Below, piece after piece: positions 8,307 to 20,040 of a stretch of DNA of 64,000 bases (position 1 is its first letter; each line of letters opens with the position of its first letter). This stretch comes from an uncultured Bacteroidota bacterium. Its GTDB lineage: Bacteria; Bacteroidota; Bacteroidia; Bacteroidales; GWA2-32-17. Made by a program: the position numbers and the translations under genes. The notes beneath the pieces were generated by a model. That model made no database searches and was not told the DNA's origin. It worked only from the letters and a program-made list of their open reading frames with translations. The DNA lies in contig CAILUD010000010.1 in assembly GCA_903837285.1 (NCBI GenBank), forward strand, positions 73,882 through 137,881, given 5' to 3'.

Positions 8307-9224
8307 ATGTCAATAAGCGTAAAAGGAATTACCAAATTTTACGGGAAACAAAAAGCCCTGGATAATGTTTCATTTGAAATTTCGAGTGGCGAAATTTTTG
8401 GTTTTCTCGGCCCGAATGGAGCAGGAAAGTCAACAATGATGAAAATAATTACTGGTTTTATTCCTCCATCTTCAGGCGATATTTTAGTAAACGGATTAGA
8501 TATTCTTGAAAAAAGTTTAGAGGTAAGAAAACAAATTGGATATTTACCAGAAAACAACCCACTTTATCTTGATATGTACGTGCGCGAATACCTTTATTTT
8601 GTTGCACGATTATACAAATTAAGTCCGAAGCAGGCAAAAGCCAGAACCGACGAAATGATTATTAAAACTGGTTTAACTGTTGAGCAAAAGAAAAAAATCG
8701 GAGCTTTGTCAAAAGGGTACCGACAACGGGTTGGGCTAGCACAAGCACTTATTCACGACCCTTCGGTATTGATTTTAGATGAACCAACTTCTGGCCTTGA
8801 TCCAAATCAAATTGTTGAAATAAGAAATTTAATTGCAGAAGTCGGAAAACAAAAAACGGTTCTTTTATCTACTCATTTAATGCAAGAAGTTGAGGCAATT
8901 TGTAATCGTGTAATAATTATAAATAATGGTAAAATTGTTGCCGATAACAGTAAAGAAGATTTACAAAAACAAACATCTGCAAGCAATCGTCAAACAATAA
9001 TAGTCGAGTTTAATACAACGGTTTCCCGAGAGGACCTTATAAAGATTAAAGGTGTAAGCAAAGTTCAGGGACTAAAACAGTTTAATTGGTTAATTGAAGG
9101 AAATACAAACGAAGATATTCGTCCAGAAGTTTTTCAATTTGCAGTAAAACAAGGATTAACAGTGCTTTCAATGCAAAAGAAAGAGATGTCTTTGGAACAA
9201 GTTTTTCAGGAACTTACAAAATAA
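8307..9224 (+). CDS. ABC transporter ATP-binding protein, GldA-like; no adjacent permease
   Basis: 305 aa. Walker A GPNGAGKST, signature LSKGYRQR, Walker B LILDEPTSGLD. The N-terminus resembles the gliding-motility ATPase GldA. Confidence 0.8.
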   Translation: MSISVKGITKFYGKQKALDNVSFEISSGEIFGFLGPNGAGKSTMMKIITGFIPPSSGDILVNGLDILEKSLEVRKQIGYLPENNPLYLDMYVREYLYFVARLYKLSPKQAKARTDEMIIKTGLTVEQKKKIGALSKGYRQRVGLAQALIHDPSVLILDEPTSGLDPNQIVEIRNLIAEVGKQKTVLLSTHLMQEVEAICNRVIIINNGKIVADNSKEDLQKQTSASNRQTIIVEFNTTVSREDLIKIKGVSKVQGLKQFNWLIEGNTNEDIRPEVFQFAVKQGLTVLSMQKKEMSLEQVFQELTK

Positions 9225-9341
9225 GTGTTTTTACTCTTTTTTCTCAAAATTATTTGAAAGATCTTTATAAAAGTGAAAAATTCATTTTTTTCATTAATTT
9301 TACATAACAAAGTATTAGTGTAAAAATTTAAAGGTTTCATC

Positions 9342-11228
9342 ATGAAATCCGTTATACTTGTCTTCTTTTTTTGTGGTTTTTGTTTATTGTCCATTTCTCA
9401 GGTTTACACACCTCAGATTGATTCTATTGCTATGCGTGACGGTAAAAAACTTGCTGCCGATGTTTATATAGTTTCCGGAGGATTGCAAAAACCAACAATA
9501 TTAATTCAAACACCATATAATAGAATTTTTTACAGATTTGGTTTGCCTTTGGGAATTGGTGCAAATTTAAATTCATCAGGATATAACTTTGTTATTGTTG
9601 ATTGGAGAGGTTTTTATGGAAGCTCAAGCGCAATGGTTGCAAATGCAAATCGCGGTCAGGATGGATATGATATAGTTGAATGGATTGCTCAACAAACATG
9701 GTCGGATGGTAAAATTGGCACCTGGGGACCTTCTGCATTGGGTAAAATTCAATATCAAACGGCTAAAGAAAATCCACCACATTTAACCTGTTGTGTTCCT
9801 CTTGTAGCAGGTTCTCAGTTTGAATATAACGAATATTATCCCGGAGGTGTTTATAGAACCGAATACGTTCAGCAACTTGATGCGCTTGGATATGGCATGT
9901 CTGCAGGCATACTTGCAAATCCTTTTTATAATTTGACCTGGCAGTATTTACAGAACACAAATCTTTATCCGCAATTAATTAATGTTCCTTGTTTTATGAT
10001 TGGTGGTTGGTATGATCATAATATTGATTTAATGATGAATTTGTTCGCAGGAATAAGGCAGTTGTCGCCTGTTTCTGTAAAAAATAAACACAAATTATTA
10101 ATGGGACCGTGGGCACATGGTGGTTTTGGTCAGGCACAGGTTGGAACTTGCAATCAGGGAGAATTAACTTTTAATGAAGCTTGTGGCTGGAGTGATTCAT
10201 TAGCATTGCGTTTTCTTGATTTTTATTTAAAAAATCAAGTTAATGGTTGGGATTCCGAGCCAACAATTCGTTATTTTAATATTGGTGAAAATACTTGGAA
10301 TGCCACTTCTGTATGGCCTCCAACTGGTAATACAAATCAGAATTTTTATTTAAATGACAATGGAGTTTTATCGAATACTATTCCTACGTTAGCAAATAGT
10401 TATTCTCAGTATTTATATAATCCTTCAAATCCATCTCCAACTCATGGTGGAACAACTTTAAGACAAGATTTATTACAAGGACCATACGATCAATTGGTAG
10501 TTGTTGAAAGCAGAAACGATTTAGCGATTTTTACAACCCAGGCTTTAGCAAGCCCAGTTCAAATTGCAGGGAAACCATCTGCGCATATTTTTATTAAGAG
10601 TGATAAAAAAGATACTGATTTTACAATTCGATTATGTGATGTATACCCTGATGGCCGCTCGATGTTAATTTCTGATGGGATTTTAAGAATGCGTTTTAGA
10701 AATGGATTTTCAACTTCTGATACTTCTTCGATAATACCTAATCAGGCATATGAAGCAATTATTGATTTTCCTAACACAGCGTACACTTTTTTGTCAGGTC
10801 ATTCTATCAGAATAGATATTTCCTCTTCAAATTATCCGAAATATGATAAAAATCTTAATAATGGCTCTGTAATGTATGTTGCAGGAGATACTTTAACAGC
10901 AACTAATAAAATCCTTCATGAAATTGATCATGCTTCTTACATAATGTTACCAGTTTCTGTAACAAATCAACTTATTGCAGATAAATTCGAAAATCAAATA
11001 AATATTTTTCCAAATCCCACATCAGATAAAATTTATATTGATTATTTAAATAAGGTTTCAAAAATAAGTGTAAAAATCATAAATTTAATAGGGGAAGAAT
11101 TATCTTATTTTTTAGTTGAAAGTGAAGAGGGTATTGATGTTTCAACTTTAACGAACGGAATTTATATGGTTAATGTTTTTGATAATGGAGTATTAATAGG
11201 AAGTAGAAAAATAATTATTGCAAAATAG
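9342..11228 (+). CDS. CocE/NonD (S15 X-Pro dipeptidyl-peptidase) family hydrolase with a T9SS C-terminal sorting domain
   Basis: 628 aa. Signal peptide, nucleophile region WGPSALG, and a C-terminal roughly 80 aa (IFPNPTSDKIYIDY...GIYMVNVF...IIIAK) typical of Por/T9SS cargo. Confidence 0.8.
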   Translation: MKSVILVFFFCGFCLLSISQVYTPQIDSIAMRDGKKLAADVYIVSGGLQKPTILIQTPYNRIFYRFGLPLGIGANLNSSGYNFVIVDWRGFYGSSSAMVANANRGQDGYDIVEWIAQQTWSDGKIGTWGPSALGKIQYQTAKENPPHLTCCVPLVAGSQFEYNEYYPGGVYRTEYVQQLDALGYGMSAGILANPFYNLTWQYLQNTNLYPQLINVPCFMIGGWYDHNIDLMMNLFAGIRQLSPVSVKNKHKLLMGPWAHGGFGQAQVGTCNQGELTFNEACGWSDSLALRFLDFYLKNQVNGWDSEPTIRYFNIGENTWNATSVWPPTGNTNQNFYLNDNGVLSNTIPTLANSYSQYLYNPSNPSPTHGGTTLRQDLLQGPYDQLVVVESRNDLAIFTTQALASPVQIAGKPSAHIFIKSDKKDTDFTIRLCDVYPDGRSMLISDGILRMRFRNGFSTSDTSSIIPNQAYEAIIDFPNTAYTFLSGHSIRIDISSSNYPKYDKNLNNGSVMYVAGDTLTATNKILHEIDHASYIMLPVSVTNQLIADKFENQINIFPNPTSDKIYIDYLNKVSKISVKIINLIGEELSYFLVESEEGIDVSTLTNGIYMVNVFDNGVLIGSRKIIIAK

Positions 11229-11234
11229 ATTTTA

Positions 11235-13514
11235 ATGTTTAAAAGATTAAAGAAAATAACGCAATTTGGAATAATAGTCACTTCAATATTAATTTATTTT
11301 GTTGGCGTAATATTATATTCCTTTTGGAATTATAATCATCAAAAAAATGAAATTGTAGCGCAAGTTGATTTAAAATTAACAGAAGCTGCAAGAAGTATAG
11401 AATATTTATTGCCAGTTGATTATCACGATAGGGCTATTGGTCAAGATTCAATTACAAAAGTTGAATATTACGAGATTATGAGTTTGCTGAATAAGCAAAG
11501 CGAAAATCTTGGAGTAAAATATTTGTATAGTATTATTGAGAATAACGGAAAATTATATTTTGTATCTTCTAATGCTACTTCTGAAGAATTATTAACCGGA
11601 GAAAATTTAACAACTTATTGGATGGAATATTCGGAAGCTGATTCTTCGTTCTATAAATCATTTAATAAAAGTGTTATTTCTTTTTGTGAGTACACCGATC
11701 GGTGGGGAACTTTAAAAACTGTTTTAATTCCTAAGATTAGCAGAAATGGAAGAAAATATGTGCTATGTGCGGATATGGAAATAAGTTTCATAAAAGAAAA
11801 GTTAATTTCAGAAATACCAATGACTCTTTTTAAAGCATTGTTTTTGCTTTTAATTGTTCTTCCATTTATTTTTGTTTTAATAAAAAGCTATAGAAGATAT
11901 TCCACAGATCTTGAAGCAAAAGTTGAACAACGTACAAAAGTTATAGAAGATGAAATAAAGAGAAGAAAAAATTCTGAAGATATATTACGTCAATCTGAAG
12001 AAAAATTTTCAATCTCATTTAATCGTACTCCAGTTCCAATGTTTATTATGGATGTGAAAGGTTCTATTGTTGACGTAAATGAATGTTTCGAAGAAATAAC
12101 CGGGCTTAAGAAAAGTAAAATAATTGGACATTATATTTTATCAATTCCGTTTTTTGAATCAGCAGCTGATTATGAAAATATTTTAAAAAATACTCAACTA
12201 AATGGTTCAATAAAAAACCAGATAATAAATTATATCAGAAAATCAGGTGTTGGGAGTTGTTCTTTTTCAGGAGAACTTATTACACTTAATGGAAAACAAA
12301 ATATCTTATCAATTGCATTTGATATTTCTGAACGTCAGATATATGAAAATGAATTAAAAAATGCAAAGGAAAAAGCTGAGGGAAGTGATAGACTGAAATC
12401 AGCATTTTTAGCAAATATGAGTCATGAGGTAAGAACTCCATTGAACGTTATTATAGGTTTTTCTGATTTGTTAAGAGATCAGGATATTTCTATGGAAACT
12501 AGAAATGATTATATAGATATGGTGACTTCTAATAGTCGTAGTTTACTCGATTTAATTAATGATATTATTGATATTTCAAAAATAGAAGCAGGGCAATTGC
12601 GTGTTTCTGAATATGCATGTAATCTAAATCAAACTATTCGTTATCTGCAAAACTGGATTGAAAAAGATAAAAATGAAAAGTTTAAAAAGGACATTGAAAT
12701 AATTTTAAATATACCCCTTAATGATAATAATTCTTACGTTTTAATTGATGAAGGAAGGCTGAAACAGATTTTAGTAAATTTATTATCAAATGCTTTAAAA
12801 TTTACTCATAATGGTAAGATTGAATATGGATATATTATAAAAGATAAAGAGCTAAAATTTTATGTTAAAGATAGTGGCATAGGGATTAAAAAAAGTAGTT
12901 TAAATTCAATTTTTGAACGTTTTAAACAGGCAGATGAAGGAACTGCAAGAAATTATGGAGGAACGGGTTTAGGGTTGGCTATTACAAAGGCAATTGTAGA
13001 ATTAATGGGTGGTGCTATTTGGGTAGAATCGGAACCAGAAAATGGATCTGTTTTTTATTTTACTCTACCTTATAAGCCACTTAAAAATGAAGATTTTACA
13101 ATAGAAACTGAAAGGGTTAAAAGTTATATTTCCGAAAATTTTAATGGTCTTACTTTTTTAGTCGTTGAAGATGATAAAGCAAGTTTTTTCTATTTAAGAA
13201 CGATACTTGAGAAAAATTTAGCAAAAGTTATTCATGCTTCTGATGGTGTTGAGGCAATGAATGCAATAAAACAACATGCAAATATAGACCTTGTCTTAAT
13301 GGATTTACATCTTCCAGAAATTACTGGGTGCAAAGTTACCGAAGAAATAAGAAAAATCAGACCAGAGATACCAGTTATTGCACAAACTGCAGATGCGCAA
13401 TTAGAAACCCGTGAACATGCCAAAGCTTGTGGTTTTAATGATTTTGTAACAAAACCATTAAGCAGAGAAACTTTGTTTAAGGTGATTAAACAGAGTCTGA
13501 AGAAGAAGCCGTAG
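11235..13514 (+). CDS. Hybrid sensor histidine kinase/response regulator (2 TM, PAS, HisKA, HATPase_c, REC)
   Basis: 759 aa. H-box SHEVRTPLN, G-boxes GTGLGLAI, and a receiver with LVLMDLHLPE. Confidence 0.9.
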   Translation: MFKRLKKITQFGIIVTSILIYFVGVILYSFWNYNHQKNEIVAQVDLKLTEAARSIEYLLPVDYHDRAIGQDSITKVEYYEIMSLLNKQSENLGVKYLYSIIENNGKLYFVSSNATSEELLTGENLTTYWMEYSEADSSFYKSFNKSVISFCEYTDRWGTLKTVLIPKISRNGRKYVLCADMEISFIKEKLISEIPMTLFKALFLLLIVLPFIFVLIKSYRRYSTDLEAKVEQRTKVIEDEIKRRKNSEDILRQSEEKFSISFNRTPVPMFIMDVKGSIVDVNECFEEITGLKKSKIIGHYILSIPFFESAADYENILKNTQLNGSIKNQIINYIRKSGVGSCSFSGELITLNGKQNILSIAFDISERQIYENELKNAKEKAEGSDRLKSAFLANMSHEVRTPLNVIIGFSDLLRDQDISMETRNDYIDMVTSNSRSLLDLINDIIDISKIEAGQLRVSEYACNLNQTIRYLQNWIEKDKNEKFKKDIEIILNIPLNDNNSYVLIDEGRLKQILVNLLSNALKFTHNGKIEYGYIIKDKELKFYVKDSGIGIKKSSLNSIFERFKQADEGTARNYGGTGLGLAITKAIVELMGGAIWVESEPENGSVFYFTLPYKPLKNEDFTIETERVKSYISENFNGLTFLVVEDDKASFFYLRTILEKNLAKVIHASDGVEAMNAIKQHANIDLVLMDLHLPEITGCKVTEEIRKIRPEIPVIAQTADAQLETREHAKACGFNDFVTKPLSRETLFKVIKQSLKKKP

Positions 13515-14019
13515 AAATATACGGACTTAAAACTTCTACTAATAGTGCCGTTGAAAGGTTTCTTGCATCAATAATAACATGTGCTTTTTTATAATATTCA
13601 GCTCTTTTATTAACCATTTCTTCTGCCCATGTTTCAAGTTCTTCTTTTGTTTTTCCAATAACCATTGGGCGAATTGTATGAGAATTTATTAATCTTTTAC
13701 AAAGCAAAGAAGCCTCAAGTTGCAGAAAAACTGTTATTCCCGTATCACGCATATAATCCATGTTGTTACTATAACAAGGAGTGCCGCCTCCCGTAGCTAC
13801 AATTAAATTATTACTTAAGTCAATTTGGCGTAACAATTCATATTCTGTTTTTCGAAATGCACTTTCGCCATATTTTTCAAAAAATTCGTGAATTTTAATT
13901 TTCTCTTTTAATACAAATAAAGCATCTAAATCAATAAATTTATAATTTAAATACTTTGCAAGATGTCTCCCCAAAGTGCTTTTACCGCTGCCCATAAAAC
14001 CAACAAGGTAAATAATCAT
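13486..14019 (-). CDS. aroK: Shikimate kinase
   Basis: 177 aa. P-loop GFMGSGKST and the VATGGG motif. The 3' tail overlaps the convergent kinase gene by 29 nt. Confidence 0.9.
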   Translation of the reverse strand: MIIYLVGFMGSGKSTLGRHLAKYLNYKFIDLDALFVLKEKIKIHEFFEKYGESAFRKTEYELLRQIDLSNNLIVATGGGTPCYSNNMDYMRDTGITVFLQLEASLLCKRLINSHTIRPMVIGKTKEELETWAEEMVNKRAEYYKKAHVIIDARNLSTALLVEVLSPYISTASSSDSV

Positions 14020-14027
14020 GGGATTTG

Positions 14028-16715
14028 TTATAAATTTAAAGTCATTTGCTTTGGATTAGCAGGATCTTGATTGTCCACATTCAAATCCTCAGACGAAATA
14101 TTATTTGTGTTATTGGGAGAACTATTTGGAATAATTTCTGGTTCTGGTTCTTCTTCTTTTAATGGTTCGAGCCAATTAAATGCTGCAATTTCAAATGTAG
14201 AAATGCGTTTACCTCTTGCTTTATAACCTTTTACTCCAATAAATTCTTCTACAACAATTTGTTCTGGTGGTCGGTTTTTATGTCTTCCACCATATTTTAT
14301 TTCGAGATAAGGATATTTGTGTGCGTTAAATGTTACAAATTTTGATTCGGGATGATCGCCAATTAATGAAGCAAATTTTTCAGTTTCTTCTGCCTGAAAA
14401 CGTTTTAAATAATAAAACTGTTGTTCGCCATCATAAATAACGGCAGTAAAAATTTTGTTAGGATTATATTTTTCTATAAATACTAAATCTTCTTCGAAAT
14501 GATTTTCTAAATCGTATGAATATATTTTATAAGTACCATGTATGTTGTTAATTGTTATTATTTTATCATTACCTGTAAATTCTCCTAACAATTTACCATG
14601 AGCACCAGTATTTAATCTTTTTACAACATCATCAAAGTAAATCTGAATACCTCCAAGTGTTGAGGTTCCTTGTTCTTTAAATTGAATTTTGTGAATATCA
14701 TTTTTGGTAACAAGATTACCAAGCGAGCTGCGACCTTTAATTTGTAATTCGCTAAAATCAACATCAATTATTAATTTCTTTAATTTAGGTTTAGGTTTTA
14801 AAAATACCTTTACAACTTCTGCTTCGCCATTCCTGTTTGCAGTAAACCACATTATTTTACTGTTATCGGTACCCTTTGTTATATCGTAAATTTTATCTCT
14901 GGTAACACCAGTTACTGCAAAACGCTTCATAAATGAAGGTCCGTTTTTACCATCTTTATAAATAACGTTGTATATTGTTCTTTCGTCGCCTTTTAAATAT
15001 ACAGCAATATGAATAATATCTTTTCCTGCAAAGGCTTTATCTGCAGCCTTAGAGATTTGATATGTGCCATTTCGCATAAAAACTATAATGTCGTCGATAT
15101 CTGAGCATTCGCAAACATATTCGTCCTTTTTTAAGCCTATTCCAAAGAAACCTTCTTCACGATTTACATATAGTTTTTCATTTGCAACTACAACTTTGGT
15201 AGCTTGTATGTTTTCGAAATTTCTTAATTCGGTTTTACGTTCTTTTCCTTCACCAAAATTCTTTTTAATTTGTTTAAAATAATTAATTGTGTAAAGAATA
15301 AGATTTTTTAAATGATTTGTAACTTCCTCAATTTCTTCCTCAACAGAACGTATGTGTTCGTCGGCTTTTTTAATATCGAATTTAGAAATTTTACGAACTG
15401 GTTTTTCAGTAAGTTTTGTTACATCATCAGTTGTTATTGCTCGTTTTAAAAGTTTTTTGTATGGTTTAAATCCTACAATAATTGCGTCAATAATATCTTC
15501 CCAGGTTTTGGTGTCTTTTTCGAGTATTCGATAAATTTTATTTTCAAAGAAAATCTTTTCAAGTGATGAGAAATGCCAATCTTCCTCTAACTCGCTAAGT
15601 CTTATATCGAGTTCCATCTTTAGCATTGCAAGAGTTCTGTCGGTACAAGCTTTAAGAATTTCTTTTACTCCAATAAAATGTGGTCTGTCTTTAGAAATAA
15701 TACAGGCATTTGGAGAAATTGAAATTTCGCATCCTGTAAATGCGTATAGAGCATCAATGGTTTTATCTGGTGATGTGCCAGGTGTTAAATAAATTAAAAT
15801 CTCAACATTTTCTGCTGTGTTATCGTCAATCTTTTTTATTTTTATTTTTCCTTTTTCGTTAGCTTTTAAAATGCTATCAATAAGTTTTTCGGTAGTAGAA
15901 CCAAATGGCAGGTCGCTAATTAAAAGTGTTTTTGCATCAACCTTTTTAATTTTAGCACGAATTTTTACTGCACCACCTCTTAGTCCATCATTATATCTTG
16001 ATACATCTGCCATTCCTCCTGTATGAAAATCAGGATATAGTTCAAAATCTTCTTTTTTAAGATATGCTATTGAGGCATCTATTAATTCAATAAAGTTATG
16101 TGGTAATATTTTGGATGCAAGGCCTACAGCAATACCTTCAACGCCCTGAGCAAGTAATAGTGGAAATTTCACAGGAAGGGTAATCGGCTCTTTGTTACGG
16201 CCATCGTATGAAAGTTTCCATGCGGTTGTTTTAGGATTAAAAACTACAGCATTTGCAAATTTTGAAAGGCGTGCTTCAATATATCTTGGTGCAGCAGCGC
16301 TATCTCCTGTAAAAATATTTCCCCAGTTTCCTTGTGTATCAATTAATAAATCTTTTTGTCCCAACTGTACCAATGCTTCACCAATAGATGCATCTCCATG
16401 AGGGTGAAACTGCATTGTAAAACCAATAATGTTTGCAACTTTGTTATAACGACCATCATCCATACGCTTCATGGAATGAAGAATACGTCGCTGAACAGGT
16501 TTTAAGCCATCGTCTAAATGTGGAACAGCACGTTCCAAAATAACATATGATGCATATTCTAAAAACCAATCTTTATACATGCCCGCAAGTCGGGTTGTTT
16601 TAGATGTAACAGGGTGCAAAGACGATGAATGAGATTTTTTTTCGGAAGATATTTCTTCTTCAGAATTATTTTCCAATTCGTTATTGTCGTCGTTTATTTG
16701 TTCTATTTCGCTCAT
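14028..16715 (-). CDS. parC: DNA topoisomerase IV subunit A (GyrA/ParC family)
   Basis: 895 aa. Breakage-reunion domain with the active-site region AAPRYIEARL. It is paired with a ParE-like gene upstream and has acidic low-complexity termini. Confidence 0.85.
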   Translation of the reverse strand: MSEIEQINDDNNELENNSEEEISSEKKSHSSSLHPVTSKTTRLAGMYKDWFLEYASYVILERAVPHLDDGLKPVQRRILHSMKRMDDGRYNKVANIIGFTMQFHPHGDASIGEALVQLGQKDLLIDTQGNWGNIFTGDSAAAPRYIEARLSKFANAVVFNPKTTAWKLSYDGRNKEPITLPVKFPLLLAQGVEGIAVGLASKILPHNFIELIDASIAYLKKEDFELYPDFHTGGMADVSRYNDGLRGGAVKIRAKIKKVDAKTLLISDLPFGSTTEKLIDSILKANEKGKIKIKKIDDNTAENVEILIYLTPGTSPDKTIDALYAFTGCEISISPNACIISKDRPHFIGVKEILKACTDRTLAMLKMELDIRLSELEEDWHFSSLEKIFFENKIYRILEKDTKTWEDIIDAIIVGFKPYKKLLKRAITTDDVTKLTEKPVRKISKFDIKKADEHIRSVEEEIEEVTNHLKNLILYTINYFKQIKKNFGEGKERKTELRNFENIQATKVVVANEKLYVNREEGFFGIGLKKDEYVCECSDIDDIIVFMRNGTYQISKAADKAFAGKDIIHIAVYLKGDERTIYNVIYKDGKNGPSFMKRFAVTGVTRDKIYDITKGTDNSKIMWFTANRNGEAEVVKVFLKPKPKLKKLIIDVDFSELQIKGRSSLGNLVTKNDIHKIQFKEQGTSTLGGIQIYFDDVVKRLNTGAHGKLLGEFTGNDKIITINNIHGTYKIYSYDLENHFEEDLVFIEKYNPNKIFTAVIYDGEQQFYYLKRFQAEETEKFASLIGDHPESKFVTFNAHKYPYLEIKYGGRHKNRPPEQIVVEEFIGVKGYKARGKRISTFEIAAFNWLEPLKEEEPEPEIIPNSSPNNTNNISSEDLNVDNQDPANPKQMTLNL

Positions 16716-16728
16716 GTTATGATGAAAA

Positions 16729-18567
16729 TTATTCTTCTACAAAATCAGCTTCTACTTTAAGATTATCTATAATAAAATCTTGTCGTTCGGGTGTGTTGTT
16801 ACCCATATAATATGAAAGCATAGATGATAAATGATCGTCTTTGCTTAAACGAACAGGATCAAGTCGAATATCTTTTCCAATAAAGTGTTTGAATTCATCA
16901 GGAGAAATTTCACCCAATCCTTTAAATCTTGTTATTTCTGGATTTGCACCTGTCTTTTTAATTGCTGCAGCTCTTTCGGGTTCGCTATAACAGTAAAATG
17001 TTTTTAACTTATTTCTCACTCTGAATAATGGAGTTTGTAAAATATAAACATGTCCGTGTTTAATAATATCAGGGAAAAACTGAAGCAAGAAAGTTAATAA
17101 CAATAGCCTGATGTGCATTCCGTCAACATCTGCATCAGTAGCTATAACTACGTTGTTATATCTTAGTTCGTCAATGCCTTCTTCAATATTTAATGCGGCC
17201 TGCAATAGATTAAACTCTTCGTTTTCGTAAACTATTTTTTTTGCTTTAGAAAAAGTGTTTTCAGGTTTTCCTTTTAAACTAAAAACTGCTTGTGTGTTTA
17301 CGTCGCGCGATTTTGTTATTGAACCGCTAGCTGAATCTCCTTCGGTAATAAATAAAGTTGATTCAAGTTTTCGTTCGTGATTAGTGTTATAATGAACTCT
17401 GCAATCGCGAAGTTTTTTATTGTGCAGACTGGCTTTTTTTGCAGATTCTCTTGCTTTCTTTTGAATTCCCGAAATTGCTTTACGTTCTTTTTCTGATTCA
17501 AGAATTTTTCTTAGTAGAATTTCAGCTGTTGATGGGTTTTTATGAAGGAAATTATCAAGTGATTCTTTGATAAAATCTATAATAAAATTACGAACTGTTG
17601 GACCATTGGGGCCCATATCTTTTGAACCTAATTTTGTTTTTGTTTGTGATTCAAAAACTGGTTCTTCTACTTTTATAGCAATTGCAGCTATTAGTGATGT
17701 TCTGATATCTGCTGCGTCAAAATCTTTTTTATAAAACTCGCGAATGGTTTTTACTATTGCTTCGCGAAAACCGAGCAGGTGAGTGCCACCTTGTGTAGTG
17801 TGCTGACCATTTACAAATGAATAATAAACATCGTTATAACCTTCATCATGTGTTAGAGCAAGTTCAATATCTTCGCCTTTTAAATGAATTATTGGATAAA
17901 GCCCTTCGCTGTTCATATTTTCGTTGAGCAAATCGAGCAATCCGTTTTTCGAAATATATTTGGTGCCGTTGTAATTTAGAGTTAGACCACTATTTAGAAA
18001 AACATAGTTTTTAACCATGCTTTCTATGTAGTCAGTAATAAAATGGAAGTTTCCAAAAAGTTCTTCGTCAGGAGTAAAAATTATTTCCACACCATTTGAC
18101 TCTGTGGAGTTTTTTACGTTTTGATCTTTAAGAAGATTTCCTTGTTCAAAAGAACAGATTTTACCAGCACCATCGCGGAAAGATTTTATTACAAAAGATT
18201 GCGATAATGCATTTACTGCTTTAATACCGACACCGTTTAAGCCAACAGATTTTTTAAAAACTTTTGAATCGTATTTAGCTCCGGTATTCATTTTAGACAC
18301 TACATCAATAAGTTTACCCATTGGTATTCCACGACCAAAATCTCGAATTCTTACTTCGCTTTCTTTAACAGAAAGTTCAATTAATCTTCCGTTACCCATT
18401 GCAAACTCATCAATAGAGTTGTCAATTACTTCTTTGATTAGCACATAAATACCATCATCACTTGATGAGCCATCGCCTAACTTCCCGATGTACATTCCAG
18501 GCCTTCTGCGTATGTGCTCACGCCAGTCGAGGGTTTGAATGCTATCTTCGGTATAATTATTAACCAT
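16729..18567 (-). CDS. parE: DNA topoisomerase IV subunit B (GyrB/ParE family)
   Basis: GHKL ATPase ([15 protein letters not shown]) and TOPRIM (ITEGDSASG). The track ORF starts at a TTG at 18651. I prefer the ATG at 18567 ([15 protein letters not shown]), which matches the usual N-terminus. Confidence 0.85.
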   Translation of the reverse strand: MVNNYTEDSIQTLDWREHIRRRPGMYIGKLGDGSSSDDGIYVLIKEVIDNSIDEFAMGNGRLIELSVKESEVRIRDFGRGIPMGKLIDVVSKMNTGAKYDSKVFKKSVGLNGVGIKAVNALSQSFVIKSFRDGAGKICSFEQGNLLKDQNVKNSTESNGVEIIFTPDEELFGNFHFITDYIESMVKNYVFLNSGLTLNYNGTKYISKNGLLDLLNENMNSEGLYPIIHLKGEDIELALTHDEGYNDVYYSFVNGQHTTQGGTHLLGFREAIVKTIREFYKKDFDAADIRTSLIAAIAIKVEEPVFESQTKTKLGSKDMGPNGPTVRNFIIDFIKESLDNFLHKNPSTAEILLRKILESEKERKAISGIQKKARESAKKASLHNKKLRDCRVHYNTNHERKLESTLFITEGDSASGSITKSRDVNTQAVFSLKGKPENTFSKAKKIVYENEEFNLLQAALNIEEGIDELRYNNVVIATDADVDGMHIRLLLLTFLLQFFPDIIKHGHVYILQTPLFRVRNKLKTFYCYSEPERAAAIKKTGANPEITRFKGLGEISPDEFKHFIGKDIRLDPVRLSKDDHLSSMLSYYMGNNTPERQDFIIDNLKVEADFVEE

Positions 18568-18737
18568 TACTTGCTTTTTCTGCAAAGATAGTTTTTCAGT
18601 CTGAAATGTGGGAATTTCTTTATTAACAGTGTAATTAACACCTGATGGCAACCTTGTGTAATTTAATTATTTTAATTATAGAACGATATTGATTAATTAT
18701 TAATAAATGAAATTACTAATTTTACTAAACCTTATTT

Positions 18738-20027
18738 ATGAATTATTCACAAGCTATAGAATTCATTTACTCAACTATACCAATGTTCCATCTGGTAGGT
18801 AAAAAGGCATATAAAGCCGATTTAAAAAATACGTTGGCATTGGATAAACATTTAAAAAATCCGCATAAAAGTTTTAAGTCAATTCATATTGCCGGTACAA
18901 ATGGTAAAGGTTCTGTTTCGCATATGCTTGCTTCTGTATTGCAGGATTCGGGTTTTAGAACAGGATTATTTACATCTCCACATTTAAAAGATTTTAGAGA
19001 AAGAATAAAAGTTAATGGCTTAATGATTTCTGAAGATGAGGTAGCCGGGTTTGTAACAAAGAATAAAAGTTTTATTGAAAAAATTCAACCTTCGTTTTTT
19101 GAGCTAACTACTTTAATGGCATTTGATCATTTTTGTGAACATGAAGTAGAATATGCAATAATTGAAACTGGTTTAGGCGGTAGGTTGGATTCTACAAATA
19201 TTATTAAGCCAATTATTTCAGTAATTACAAATATTAGCTGGGATCATGCTGATTTACTAGGTGATAGTTTGGTGAAAATAGCAACAGAAAAAGCTGGAAT
19301 TATTAAACAAAATATTCCAGTAGTGGTAGGAGAGTTTCAAGATGAAATTAATCTGGTTTTTGAAGATAAGGCAGATGATTTGAATGCAGAACTTACGTAT
19401 GCAGATAAAATTTACTTTGTTAAGGATTCAATTCAAACAGTTGATGATATGCAAATGTTTAGAATCGAAAAAAACAAAAAGCCATTTTTAGAAGGATTAA
19501 AAACTCCATTGTTAGGCAATTATCAGAAAAAAAATATTGCAACAGTTCTTGCATCAATTGAAAAGTTGAAAGAAAAAGGATTGCAAATATCAGATTCAAA
19601 TATTTACAGAGGGATTAAAAATGTAATTAATACAACAGGATTAAAAGGAAGATGGCAGATTTTGTCGCAAAAGCCAATGATTATATGTGATACCGGTCAT
19701 AACGAGGGAGGGATAAAGCAAATAGTTGCTCAGCTTGAGAAAATTAAAAAAGATAAATTACATATAGTTTTTGGCATGGTTGCCGATAAAGAGGTGAATA
19801 AAATATTGGAGTTATTGCCAAAAGATGCGATTTATTATTTTACAAATGCAGATTCACCGAGAGCTTTAAAAGCCGATGAATTTAATAAAATGGCAATCGA
19901 ATTTGGGTTAAGAGGTGAAAGTTTTTCCTCGGTACAGGCTGCATATATAAAGGCAAAAAGCTTTGCAAAGCCCGATGATGTAGTATTTATTGGTGGAAGT
20001 ACATTTGTTGTTGCGGAGGTTTTGTAA
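18738..20027 (+). CDS. folC: Bifunctional folylpolyglutamate synthase/dihydrofolate synthase
   Basis: 429 aa. Mur-ligase P-loop HIAGTNGKGS and conserved TSPHL and ETGLGGRLD motifs. Confidence 0.9.
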   Translation: MNYSQAIEFIYSTIPMFHLVGKKAYKADLKNTLALDKHLKNPHKSFKSIHIAGTNGKGSVSHMLASVLQDSGFRTGLFTSPHLKDFRERIKVNGLMISEDEVAGFVTKNKSFIEKIQPSFFELTTLMAFDHFCEHEVEYAIIETGLGGRLDSTNIIKPIISVITNISWDHADLLGDSLVKIATEKAGIIKQNIPVVVGEFQDEINLVFEDKADDLNAELTYADKIYFVKDSIQTVDDMQMFRIEKNKKPFLEGLKTPLLGNYQKKNIATVLASIEKLKEKGLQISDSNIYRGIKNVINTTGLKGRWQILSQKPMIICDTGHNEGGIKQIVAQLEKIKKDKLHIVFGMVADKEVNKILELLPKDAIYYFTNADSPRALKADEFNKMAIEFGLRGESFSSVQAAYIKAKSFAKPDDVVFIGGSTFVVAEVL

Positions 20028-20040
20028 TCAAAATAGTAAT

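Noticed and set aside
13486-13514. 29-nt convergent overlap of the hybrid kinase and aroK 3' ends, considered as a possible frameshift or fusion artefact
   Set aside because: Both proteins are complete with all their motifs before the overlap. The overlap only involves short non-conserved tails (..SLKKKP and ..STASSSDSV). The same applies to the 11-nt overlap at 52465-52475.
18568-18651. N-terminal extensions created by TTG starts in the ORF track: parE 18568-18651, yidC 28280-28303, prs 35727-35753, radC 48299-48316 and the large kinase 55755-55763
   Set aside because: In each case an ATG a few codons downstream gives the N-terminus typical of the family. The extensions are short and have no conserved-looking sequence.
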